Assembly (NCBI GenBank): GCA_964016885.1 | Contig: OZ024740.1 | Coordinates: 360,778,001 to 360,842,000, forward strand | DNA from: Eledone cirrhosa | Taxonomy: Eukaryota | Direction of reading: 5' to 3' | Length of the DNA: 64,000 nt | Part shown: one piece after another, positions 37,650-48,451 of the stretch | How positions within the stretch are numbered: the stretch's first letter is position 1 | Layout of the letters: each line of letters begins with the position of its first letter | Program-made: the position numbers and the translations under genes | The notes under the pieces: generated by a model | Database searches by the model: none | What the model was told of the DNA's origin: nothing | Seen by the model: only the letters and a program-made list of their open reading frames with translations

Positions 37650-37848
37650 ATATACACAAATATGAGTACATGTGTGTTTATGTCTATATATGTCTCTGTG
37701 TGTAGTGTTTGAGAGAGAGAGAGAGAGAGAGAGAAAGAAAGATAAAGATAAAGGAGGAGCATCATATTAGGTGGCTGAGTACCTCTGTAGAAGGAATTTG
37801 AATAGATGTGTGTAGTGTGTGGGAGAGAGAGAAGAAGAATAAGCATCG

Positions 37849-37986
37849 TTAGGTGGCTGAGTATCTCTGTAGAAGGAATGTGTGGCAAGTGTCACAAACT
37901 CTGCCCGGCTTTGCAGATGAAGGCAGTGGCATCTTGTTGTCTGAGCATTCATTGCAGAAGATGTAACCACAGTTTCGACAGTGATG
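37849..37986 (-). CDS. RUFY2: RUN and FYVE domain-containing protein (RUFY1/2-like), terminal exon
   Basis: gttgttacag|CATCAC...; [45 protein letters not shown], the second half of the FYVE domain, closely resembling the RUFY1/2 C-terminus. The paralogue assignment is uncertain. Confidence 0.92.
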   Translation of the reverse strand, partial: HHCRNCGYIFCNECSDNKMPLPSSAKPGRVCDTCHTFLLQRYSAT

Positions 37987-38026
37987 CTGTAACAACAGAT
38001 AAGGAAATAAAGAAGTAAAAATATAA

Positions 38027-38143
38027 ATACACAGGGTGCCCTCCAAAATGTATACACACTTCAACAGCATTCTAATAAATATTGCCTGTACAGGTAATCA
38101 AAGTGTGCATACATTTGTAGGGGGGGCGGGGATACTCTGTATA
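38027..38143. mobile_element. Short Tc1/mariner-like MITE
   Basis: CAGGGTGCCCTCCAAAATGTATACACACTT ... AAGTGTGCATACATTTGTAGGGGG...TACTCTG imperfect TIRs. Confidence 0.5.
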
Positions 38144-38529
38144 TATAGATACATAAACAAATGTAAAAACAAATGAATAAAACAAAAACTTCCTCAGGCA
38201 GCAAGTCAACAAATATGCTAGCAGGCAGGAACGTCTATTTAAGATGGTAAAAATAATTGTTTCTACTTTTGGAACAAGGCCAGTAATTACTCAGTACATT
38301 ACTGGCACTTTATTTTATCGACCCTGTAAGGATGAAAGGCAAAGTTAACCTCGGCGGGATTTGAACTCAGAATGGCAAGGGCCGTAACTCTATGCATCAA
38401 AGCATGGTGTCCGACCCTCTACCAACACTGCTAATCCACCGCCCTAGATGGTAAAAATAATGGAAGCTTGCATGTATCTTCAGGGGCACAGTTGAAAGAA
38501 GGCAAAGAAGGGACAGACAAGGAAAAACC

Positions 38530-38825
38530 TGGTCTGACAACACCAAGGACTGGACAAGTCATACCACTATGACCCTTCTGCACATCACGGAAGGCACGGA
38601 GCAGTGATGATTGCTGACTGCAAGAGCTAGTCTCACAAAGCCAAAGGCTTGACAGGTCACAACACTGACCCTTCTGTGTATGAAGGACAGAGACCAGTGA
38701 CTATTGGTGACTACCAGAGCTGGTCTGACAACATCAAGGACTGGAGAGATCACAACACTGCAACTCTTCTGCACATCATGGAGGGTAGAGACCAGTGGTA
38801 ACTGCTGACTACAAAAGCATCTAGA
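38530..38825 (+). repeat. ~95-bp tandem triplication of an RTE C-terminal coding segment
   Basis: Units start GGTCTGACAACACCAAGGACTGG / AGTCTCACAAAGCCAAAGGCTTG / GGTCTGACAACATCAAGGACTGG; the third reads WSDNIKDWRDHNTATLLHIMEGRDQW. Confidence 0.6.
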
Positions 38826-39281
38826 GTGATATCCCAATGACTGGCTGCACCAGTTCTGGGAATTTCATTGGTCATCATCAACAACATCATCAAACAGAGT
38901 AAATTCTGAAACTGAAGGAAACAGGCAACAACTACCTAAACTTCAGTAAGGAGGGAAGAATCTAATACCTTATTCTGAGAGAGAGAATGGTGTTATCAGG
39001 TGGGTTCTTCTCATTCAAACTGAACATAGAATTCTCCTATCATCAATATGATTGCTGTCATCACATTTCTCGTCAGCAGCTGCATTGTTGACGTCATCAT
39101 CATCATCGTTCTCATCATAATTGTCACTATCATCATCAACATTAGCAGAAGCATCATTTCAATTAACATATTTTATACACACACATACAGTTACACACAA
39201 ACTTAACCATCATATCCTTATTCTAATTCTCAACCCCATTTATTTCAGTAACAACAATATATAGCAACAACATCAACATAC

Positions 39282-39408
39282 CTTTCTTCGTGAGACTGAG
39301 AACTGCTTAGTGCACTGTTTACACTGCTTGCTCTCCCGATCATTGGCCCACTGGGCCTCCCGTAGAGCAGAGTGAGCTTCTTTCATGTCTTCCATCTTTA
39401 GTTTTGAC
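39282..39408 (-). CDS. RUFY2: RUFY1/2-like, penultimate exon (FYVE N-terminal half)
   Basis: atactag|GTCAAAACTA...CGAAGAAAG|gtatgt; SKLKMEDMKEAHSALREAQWANDRESKQCKQCTKQFSVSRRK (WxxD and CxxC; RRK joins HHCR). Confidence 0.93.
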
Positions 39409-39829
39409 CTAGTATAGATATAAATCAGACTTTGTAGCTTGCTTAATAAACAACAGCAACAAAAATAATATCATCACCATCATTTTTTTATGCTGGTATG
39501 GTTTCAATAGATCATCACAGATCAAGTCAGTACTTAATTGAAGCTACTGTCTCTCCAGATAGACTGGTGAGGAGGTGGCATGTCACACTTACATACATTT
39601 TAATTTTAGCATGGCTTCTACAGCTGGATGCCTTTACAGAGTATACTGTGTGTATTTTACCATGGTACCAGCTTTAGGGGGGTTGTCATGTTGTAGACAC
39701 AAGTAAGTGTCTTCTGGTCCTTTGTTTGGCATGGTTTCTTTAGTTGGGTGCTCTACCTACCACCAAACAGTTTACAAAGTGTAATAATAATAATGATTTC
39801 TTTCTTTCTTTCTTTATTTATTTATTTAA

Positions 39830-40025
39830 TAATAATAATGAAAATATTGTGTACAGTGCTCAGGTGCACTACAACTCATCAAAAGTGTATGTATAATACA
39901 TAGGGTAATGTACAAACGTCAGGAAAATGAACAGTGCATGAGTCATATATACACATGTGTGTATGTGTATGGAAGGGGGACATCTTGTGTAGTTTTGGCG
40001 AATTTCGGGATGCATGAGGGTTTTA
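39830..40025 (-). mobile_element. CR1 3'UTR fragment
   Basis: Reverse-complement match to 9760-9950. Confidence 0.75.
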
Positions 40026-40623
40026 AACTAGGTGCATTTTTTGAGGTTTCAACAATAAGCAGGTTGTTATGTCCTTAACACAACTGATTATCTGAATGCT
40101 AAAATAATCTGTAGAATCTAACAACATCAGTGTATGACAGGGCTGACCCTTTGAATTACAGGTATAACTCATTTTTATCAACTGAGAGGACTGGAGGAAT
40201 AAAATGTCTTGCTCAAGGACACAACATGCCACTAGGAAACAAATTCACAACCTTACAACCTAAATACCCTAATCATGAAATAATTGTTTCTACGTTTGGC
40301 ACAAGGCCAGCAATTACCCAGTGTATTACTGGTACTTTATTTTATTGACCCCGTAAGGATGAAAGGCAACGTTGACCTCGGTGGGATTTGAACTCAGATT
40401 GGCAAGGGCCGTAACTCTATGCGTCCGACTCTCTACCGATACTGCCAATAATGTTCTTCAAAAGCACTTCTGTCCCCCTCTTATGCCATCAGTGATTGCA
40501 AAAAGATTTCAATACAGTTTTTGCTTAGCCAGATGGTTCTTCCAAGAGCTATTTAACAAGATTTTAAATGACAGTAGAATTGGTAAGTGGGAATCAGTTG
40601 GGAAAGAAAAACTAAAGTGTGTG

Positions 40624-41088
40624 TTAACCCTTCTGTAACTATATTTTAATAGAGCCATAATAACGTAGTGTGTTTAAGGCAAATAAAGCCACTATAGCAT
40701 AGTGGTGTTTAGAGTAAATAGAACCATTATAGCATAATAAGTTTAGGGTAAATAAAGTTGTCATAGCACAGTGTGTTAAAGGTAAATAAAGTTGTCATAA
40801 CATAGTGTATTTAGGGCAATTAGAGCCATCATAACATAGTGTGTTAGTTCTTTTGTGATGCTATTTGTAATGAAAGTCACTATTTCAATTAATTAACGAA
40901 GAATTTTTAGGTAATTATTAAAATTATTAATCATTTCATTACTATGGTTCTTATATAGAATTGTTGGAAGATATTAATTTAAATTGAACCCTTTAAAATG
41001 GGTGGGCTATGTTTCACAGAACCTGTGGGTTGGCTATATTTCATAGAACCTGAGCCGGTTTTCAGCTGGGCTGGTATCAAAAGGGTTA
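40624..41088. mobile_element. piggyBac-like MITE containing a ~32-bp tandem array (~40650-40850)
   Basis: TTAACCCTT...AAAAGGGTTAG ends; about 6 degenerate units of (AGCCATCATAGCATAGTGTGTTTAGGGTAAATA). Confidence 0.55.
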
Positions 41089-41427
41089 GTGTGTTGTGAG
41101 ATGATGCATTCTTTTTTCAGTTAGTCAGGCAGCACAGTAATGTTCCATGACTCTTTCTTAGGACCTCTCTGACTGTTGGGAGATATGGAGGAAAGTATCC
41201 TCAAACCAGAAACCTAGGCTGAATGCTTACAAAAGAGTGTACTCCACCAACAGTAACCAAAGGCCAGGTAGTAGTATTAAAAAAGGTGACAGACTATGGT
41301 GGGATTTGAATTCAAAATGCAAAATGCTGGAACAGATATGGCAAAATATCTCATCTGATGCTCTAGCAACTACACTAAACCATTACCCAAGACAGGTACT
41401 ATATATATATATATATATATATATTTC

Positions 41428-43597
41428 TTACATGACAACTTACTGCAGGCTACTGATGAAACTTGTGGATAGAGCAGAGCTCCAACCAGACAGAGAGTGA
41501 CCTGGTGGAGGAACAGCACAGTAGATAGGGCCATTAGAGACAAAAGACTAGCATGGAAGGCTTGGAAAAAGGGTGGGAGTAGAGAAGGATATACAGCCAC
41601 TAAGAGAGAAGCTAGACGTCAGGTGTACTTAGCACGCAGAGAGGCTGAGAGTAGGAGGTTTGCCAATGTTCTGCGACGGGAAGATCAGAGGCGTGCAGTG
41701 TTCCACATTGCAAGGCAGTGTGTCAATGCAAATCAGGATGTTGTTGGAGATAAATGTGTCCGGAATGATGCCGGTGTACTTAGTGTCACGAATGATCAGA
41801 AAAAGGAGGCCTGGAAATGTCATGATGAATGTGGAGAACGAATGGGAGAGAGAGAAATTACCCTCAGTAGATGCGACAGAGGGACCAGCTATTGAGATTG
41901 ACGAATATAGGGTCCAAGAGGCGATTAAGGAAATGCTGGACCGTCGGGGATAGTTGCTGAGATGCTGAAGGCATCAGGGGACGTAGGCACTAAACTGGTT
42001 GCACGCATCATCAATCAGGCTATATATGGTGGTGTCATACCCAAAGACTGGTGCAGCAGTATTCTCATAAATTGCTACAAAGGTAAAGGGGATGCTCTGG
42101 AGAGGAGCAATTATAGGGGTATAAAACTGATGGATCAGGTTATGAAAGTGACAGAAAGGATATTAGCACAACTAATTAGAGAAAGGGTCAAACTAGATGA
42201 GATGCAGTTTGGTTTTGTGCCTAGGAAAAGTACAACAGATGCCCTCTTCTTGGTGAGACAATTACAAGAGAGGTTCTTAGAGAAGAATAAGCCACTATAC
42301 TTAGCCTTTGTTGACCTAGAGAAGGCCTTTGATAGGGTACCCCGATCTGTCATCTGGTAGTCCCTAAGGAAACTAGGTGTTGAGGAATGGCTCGTGAGGA
42401 CAGTGCAAACTTTGTACAGAGGTTCTGTCAGTAAAGTCAGGGTAGGAATGGAGTTTAGTGAGGAATTCCAGATACAAGTAGGAGTACATCAAGGTTCGGT
42501 CCTCAGCCCGTTCTTGTTCATTATAGTCCTCCAAGCCATAATAGAGGAGTTACGACTGGCTGTCCATGGGAACTTCTCTATGCTGACGATCTGGTTCTTA
42601 TAGCAGAATCAGTAAAGGAGCTAGAGAATAAATTCTGGCTATGGAAACAGAAGTTGGAAGCAAGAGGACTGAGAGTGAACCTAGCTAAGACAAAAGTGTT
42701 GATGAGTAGAAAAGAGGACAAAACTCTGATTCCGCCAGGGAAATGGTCATGTTCGATATGCAGAAAAGGAACTGGCATAAATTCTATAAAATGCACACAA
42801 TGCAGATCCTGGGTACACAAGAGATGTAGTGGGATAGCAGGCAAACTAACAGGTAGGGAGAAATACGTATGCAGTAGATGTACAGGGAAATTAGCCAGTA
42901 GAAGTCGCATTGATAGATGCATTTTTCAATTGCAGGCGGGTGCTATAGAAGTGGTGGATAGCTTCTGCTACCTAGGAGATCAGATTAGTATGGGAGGGGG
43001 GGGGGGGGGGGTGTTCCGAGGCCATAGTATCTAGAATAAGGACGGGTTGGAAGAAGTTTAGGCAGCTGCTTCCTCTGCTGATGAAGAATGGTTTCTCCCT
43101 GCATACAAAAGGCCGGTTATATGCCTGTGTGAGGAGCGCGATGCTGCATGGTAGTGAGACATGGGCAGCAACTGCAGAGGATATGCGATGGCTGGAGAGA
43201 AATGACGCAAGCATGCTCCGTTGGATGTGCAATGTCAATGTGCGTGAACGACCCAGCATGAATGTGTTGAGAGAGAAACTGTGTCTGAGAGGGATAGAAT
43301 GTAGTGTGCAAGAGAGGAGACTGAGGTGGTATGGACATGTGATGTGCATGGAGGATGACCGATGGGTGAAGAACTGCAAGGAAATGGCAGTTGAAGGAAG
43401 ACGTGGTAGAGGTAGACCACGAAAAACATGGGCAGAGGTGGTGAGAACAGACCTCAGATCGCTGAAGCTCACGGTGGAGATGACGAAGGACCGTGACAAG
43501 TGGAGAGATGCTGTGTTGAATAAGACCCATCCCACCCTTGCAAGCAGGGAAAAGCGGACATAAAACGACGATGATGATGATGATGATGATGATGATA
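41428..43597 (+). mobile_element. 5'-truncated RTE LINE, second family (short 3' tail)
   Basis: RT ORF pieces 41497-43563 including LAFVDLEKAFDRVP, YADD, the Cys/His finger and MLHGSETW; the ORF runs to ...LASREKRT* directly before (GAT)n. Confidence 0.9.
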
Positions 43598-44138
43598 TAT
43601 ATATATCATCATCATCATCATTTTACGTCTGCTCTTCCCTGCTTGCAAGGGTGGGACATATATATATATATATATATCAACCTCAGAAAGATGAAAAGTA
43701 AAGTTTAGCTCAGCAGGATTTGAACTCAAAGCATGAAGGAAACAGAATATACTGCAAATCCTTTCATTCAATGTTCTAATGCTCTTGCCAATTTATTACC
43801 TAGTATAGACTGTAATTCTGACAAAATAACTTCAACTCCCACCTAAAAAAAACAACAACTAGTTTCTACATCCAATTATGGCCAACATGACTTTTGTTTC
43901 AATCTTAAACATTTATTTTCAAATTCAGGCAAAGTGCCACTAAGACATTCCCATTAACATTCTGAAATAATCTGAATCTAACTTAGAACAGTGAAGAGTA
44001 TTTTATTTTTAACTGAGAAAAGGATGATATCTTGAAGAAGAAAAACAGACAAAAATTTACAACATTTTGTTTCAAACTTGACAAAAATTTGGGAAAAAAC
44101 TAGTTGGCATATTTACTCTTATTTTCATATATATATAT

Positions 44139-44254
44139 ATATGAAAACATTCAGGACCCCAACGGATGAGCTCCGGCCATTTCGACAGCTAGATCCGGAT
44201 CTAGCTGTTGAAACGGCTGGAGCTCAGCCGTCGGGGACCTGAATCTTTTCATAT
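44139..44254. repeat. Fold-back palindrome (58-bp arms, no loop)
   Basis: Centre CAGCTAGATCC|GGATCTAGCTG with several mismatches in the arms. Confidence 0.85.
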
Positions 44255-44963
44255 TACCCACTCTACTACCCCAAGTATCGAGTACTCTGGTGGGTTATGG
44301 TCTACCTGGTTTTTACCACACCCTATCTGATATATATATGTGCTTTCATATACACCTCTATGATATATACATGTGTCCACTGTTCCAATGGAACAGTGGA
44401 CATGAAATGATGATGATATATAGTGGATCTGGTGGCATGTTATATTCTTGAGCAAAGCACTTCATTTCATGTTGCTTTGTGGTGATGGTGCTGTGGTGTT
44501 GTTGGTGCGATGGTGATGGTGTATGTGTTAATAATCACAGTGGTGGTAGTGATGATGGTGGTGGTAGAAAAGGGGTTGGTTGTGACTGTCAGAGTGGTAG
44601 TGTTGGTAGTGTTAATGCTAGTTGTAATAGCAGTGATAATGGTAGTGGTGCTGGTGATTGTTGCAGAAAGTAGACAAAGAAAGATCAGTCAACCAGGAAG
44701 GTAGTTTGTTAATCTGTCACGCAACAATAAATTGGAAACAAGCCTGTTTCATAGTCATGTGATGGCTGGCAATCTGGAGAAACACTCTTGAAGTTTTCTC
44801 ATTTAAATAGTTGAAAATAAGAACAATGCTAAAGAATTTGTGAATTGAATTTTAATTACAGGTTTTCTAATTATATTTTAATTACAATAACATTGTTGTA
44901 GAGAACATAACACATCTGTGGTGTTCTAACAAATCAACTGAAGAGACAATTTGACGCACGCAT

Positions 44964-45014
<51 letters not shown>

Positions 45015-45646
45015 AATTATCATCACTACACTGTTTAATGTCTATTTTCCATGCTTGCATTGGTTAGATGGGTTGTCACATTCTGAGGACAGATAAATTA
45101 GGTGACCACATCTTGTGCATACATCGATTTTGGCTTGGTTTCTATAGCTGGATGAACTGTATATGTATGCATGTGTGTGTGTGTATATATATATATATAT
45201 ACACATAAAGTGGTTGGGAGGACCCTTCAGTTTGCGTCAAAAGACATGACAACTTTTCCTCTGCAGTCGATAGAACATATGACCATATATAAGTGAGATG
45301 CAGACACCTCAGCCACTCTGGGAAGTTCGTAGCCCTGCTTCAGTACTGACATAGTCTATGTAGGCCTGTCCAACCCTTACTAGCAGGGAAAGCAGACATT
45401 AAACAATGATGATAATACTTTTGCAAATGTACATCGTATTTGAATTCATCACAGAAGAACAATTCATTATACCATGACTAAGATAGTAACTTAACAAATG
45501 GCTCTTGTATAAAATTATGTTAGAAGATTCTAATTTAAATAGGAACCCTTTAAAATGTGTGGCTTTGTTTCATAGGACCAGAACCAGCTTTAGTCAGTTT
45601 GGTATTAAAAGTGTTAATAATAGAAATATGTAAAGAGGTTACCCAC

Positions 45647-45741
45647 TGGCTTAAATGTGTTCCAAGTTCTGCTAAAGTTGCTTCTTGTTCTTCAACTGTT
45701 TGTTGAAGATGTAAATGGGATCTCTCCAGGCATGTATATCC
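45647..45741 (-). CDS. RUFY2: RUFY1/2-like coiled-coil exon
   Basis: tctatacag|GGATATACA...TTAAGCCA|gtgggt; GYTCLERSHLHLQQTVEEQEATLAELGTHLSQ; phase 0-2 fits the neighbouring exons. Confidence 0.9.
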
Positions 45742-46270
45742 CTGTATAGACGAAATAAAGGAAAACAAATAAAAAATGAGGGACCTTGCTATGCAATTGT
45801 TTGACCTGCTAGAAATGGCAGCAAAAACCTCACTCAAATCTCACCATTTCACAAAAGGAAGGACACCCTGAATAGTGCAGTCCTAGATGCAAAAACACAC
45901 ACTCAGCCTCCGGACTCTGCACGCCCCCTCTCCCCCACCCTCTCCATCCACATGCGCGCGCACACACACACACACTGTCTTACACTGGTTTCCCTATTAC
46001 CTGAACATGGAACCTCGTTCTTCCTCAAACTCTCACATTCACATCCACACACTCACACACATGTACACCTACACACACACCACCTTCCGCCCTCCCCGCT
46101 CGGACCCCCTGTCTCCCTCTCCACCCACCCACCCACCACCACCCCTACACGCCTCACACCCTTTCACCACTTGTTTCATTTTAATTTTGTTTACCCTCTA
46201 CCCCCCCCCCCTTAATGTCTTTCCACCCCCACCCACCCCAGACCCTCTGAACTCTTTTCCTGGCCACTTT

Positions 46271-46298
46271 TTTCCTGATGAAGGGCTTGCCCGAAACG
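46271..46298 (+). ncRNA. Partial hammerhead core in a probable PLE 3' end (~45890-46400)
   Basis: CTGATGA-AGGGC tt GCCC-GAAAC; the 3' strand of stems III/I is replaced by a C-run. Upstream LRTLH...PYYLN resembles PLE C-termini. Confidence 0.45.
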
Positions 46299-46664
46299 CC
46301 CCCCCCCCACTCTCAAGCGTGAACCTAATATTAACACTTTGTACTGCCTCTTCGCTTCGTTTTTGTTTTTTTATTTTCTGTTTTAACTATAATATATAAA
46401 CGGAAAAAATGAAACGAAATTTCATTTCCCACTCTTAGTACGGCTGTTACTTAAATATAAGTATGTATACGTACATACATATATGTATACAGACGTACAG
46501 TAGTATGTATATATATATAGATACATGCACACATACATATATGTACGTATGGATTCACCAAACATTTATTATAATGCTCGGTGTTTTTGTAAACAAACAT
46601 CCCATATTAAGCCGTAGTGTCTAGCAACCACCGTTGCTCGTTTGTTCAACACTGACAAAGGAAC

Positions 46665-46703
46665 GCTGTACTAGTTTCAAGCTTGTTAGCTATCATCAGC
46701 AAC
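46665..46703 (-). ncRNA. Minimal type I hammerhead ribozyme motif
   Basis: GTTG-CTGATGA-TAGCT aaca AGCTT-GAAAC-TA-GTA|CAGC; sense with respect to the RUFY pre-mRNA. Confidence 0.75.
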
Positions 46704-46730
46704 GTATACCTTCCTGTCAACTATCTGGCA

Positions 46731-46769
46731 GTTGCTGACGAAAGCTAACAAGCTTGAAACTAGTACAGC
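46731..46769 (+). ncRNA. Minimal type I hammerhead ribozyme motif
   Basis: GTTG-CTGACGA-AAGCT aaca AGCTT-GAAAC-TA-GTA|CAGC; perfect 5-bp stem II, palindromic stem III (ACTAGT), GUA triplet, predicted cut after 46765. Confidence 0.8.
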
Positions 46770-47616
46770 GTTCCTTTGTCAGTGTTGAACAAACGAGCAA
46801 CGGTGGTTGTTAGACACTACGGCTTAATACAGGATGTTTGTTTACAAACACACCGAGCATTATAATAAATGTTTGGTGAATCCATACGTACATATATATA
46901 TGTGTGCATGTATGTATATATATATACATACTACTGTACGTCTGTATACATATATGTATGTATGTATACATACTTATATATAATATATATATATATATGC
47001 ATGTTTTATTTCTCCCCCTTTTTTCCTCATTTTCCCCCATTCCTTCCCCTTATCACTCTTTACTTTCCATTTATCTTCTATTTCTAACTCTATCTTCTGA
47101 TGAGGGATTAGTGTCAGAAACGTTTAGACTCTTTTCCTTCTATTTCAAGTGTTAAACTAATATATTTCTTCCATGTACTGTGTGTGATGTTTGTTTTGTT
47201 ATTTCTGTTTACCTTTTACATATATATACACACAAGCACTTTACATCCTGACATGCTGTAATAGTTTAACATAAAATACCTAAAAACAGGTAGGTTTGTG
47301 AATTCAAATGTTTATAGTATCTTTAGTTGTGAACAGATTGTGAAAATTTGCAGTATTAGAGTGAAGACTTTAATTTCAACAGGATGTAATCATAGTGCTG
47401 CTTTGCACTTTTCAAAAATATCTTGCTAATATGGTTTTGTGTGGTATAGGACATTAAAAATGAATAATATATAATTATCAGAAGTAAGAAAACACTGTTT
47501 ATCACTTGATCAAAAAATATAACCATAAAGGTTAAAAGAGAATGTGGACCCTCTGTTGTCAGACAAAAATAAGTGATGTGCATGTGTAATGAAATAGAAG
47601 AAAACATTTAAAATAC

Positions 47617-47746
47617 TTTTTGAATTTCTTTCATTTGTTGTAACTCCATCTGTACCAGTGTGACATTATGTCGCTCTTGCTCAAGAGTTTTTTGCAGTGT
47701 ACCCCTCCATTCTCGCTCAATTCGCAGATCTGTTTCAAGTGCCGTC
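47617..47746 (-). CDS. RUFY2: RUFY1/2-like coiled-coil exon (most 5' exon confidently found)
   Basis: ttttatag|GACGGCACTT...ATTCAAAAA|gtattt; TALETDLRIEREWRGTLQKTLEQERHNVTLVQMELQQMKEIQK matches the RUFY-family LETDL.IE.EWR..LQ motif. Confidence 0.9.
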
Positions 47747-48145
47747 CTATAAAAAAGTACATAAAAAAAGAAAGAAAACAATTGAAACTGGATGCAAAGA
47801 TTTACCACTTGAAAGACAATTGAACAAAGTCTTTTATATTTTATGTTCTATAAGCAAACTTTGTCTTTAATCCTTTCGAAGTTGATAAAGTACCAGTTCA
47901 GTACTGGCATCAATTCTTCTTCTATACCTCTTTATCACCCCCTCTCTCTCTCTTTTTCATTCATTCCCTCTCGGTCTGCTTCTTCTCTGGAAGAAACCAG
48001 CTGTGTTCAGACCTGGAGAGAGATGAACACCACCAGGCTCAAATGCCCAAGATCTGTCATATGCCATGATGGCACTCTTATGACTCCATCAAGAGTCCAC
48101 TCTTCATTTATTCATTCTTTAAGTATCAGAACAATTAATACTAGT

Positions 48146-48451
48146 ACAGATTAAGAATCCTTTATCTGAAATACTTGGGACTAGAAGTGTTTTGGATTTA
48201 GGATCTTGGAATTTCAGTGTTGCTATGACAACTACTGACAATGAACTGGCACCAATTTAACTAGGCTGGGCAATCTCCACCACTCAGAAGTAGTTGAGGT
48301 GACTTAAACACTTGCCACATGGTACAGCAGTGCATCAGCTGCACATAATCTGGGAACCTTTCCAGTGCTTTCTTGAATTTTCCATTTGCAGTGAGTCAGC
48401 ACTAGAAACACTTTCAGATTTTGGAATTATAAATGAAGTATTCTTAACCTG
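48146..48451. mobile_element. Tigger/pogo-family MITE
   Basis: TA-CAGATTAAGAATCCTTTATCTGAAATACTTGGGACTAGAAGTGTTTTGGATTT ... TTTCAGATTTTGGAATTAT...TTCTTAACCTG. Confidence 0.55.

Larger units (their letters stand above)
46455..46980. repeat. Inverted repeat (~250-bp arms, 27-nt spacer) with a hammerhead at the inner end of each arm
   Basis: 46455-46703 is the reverse complement of 46731-46980. Confidence 0.92.
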
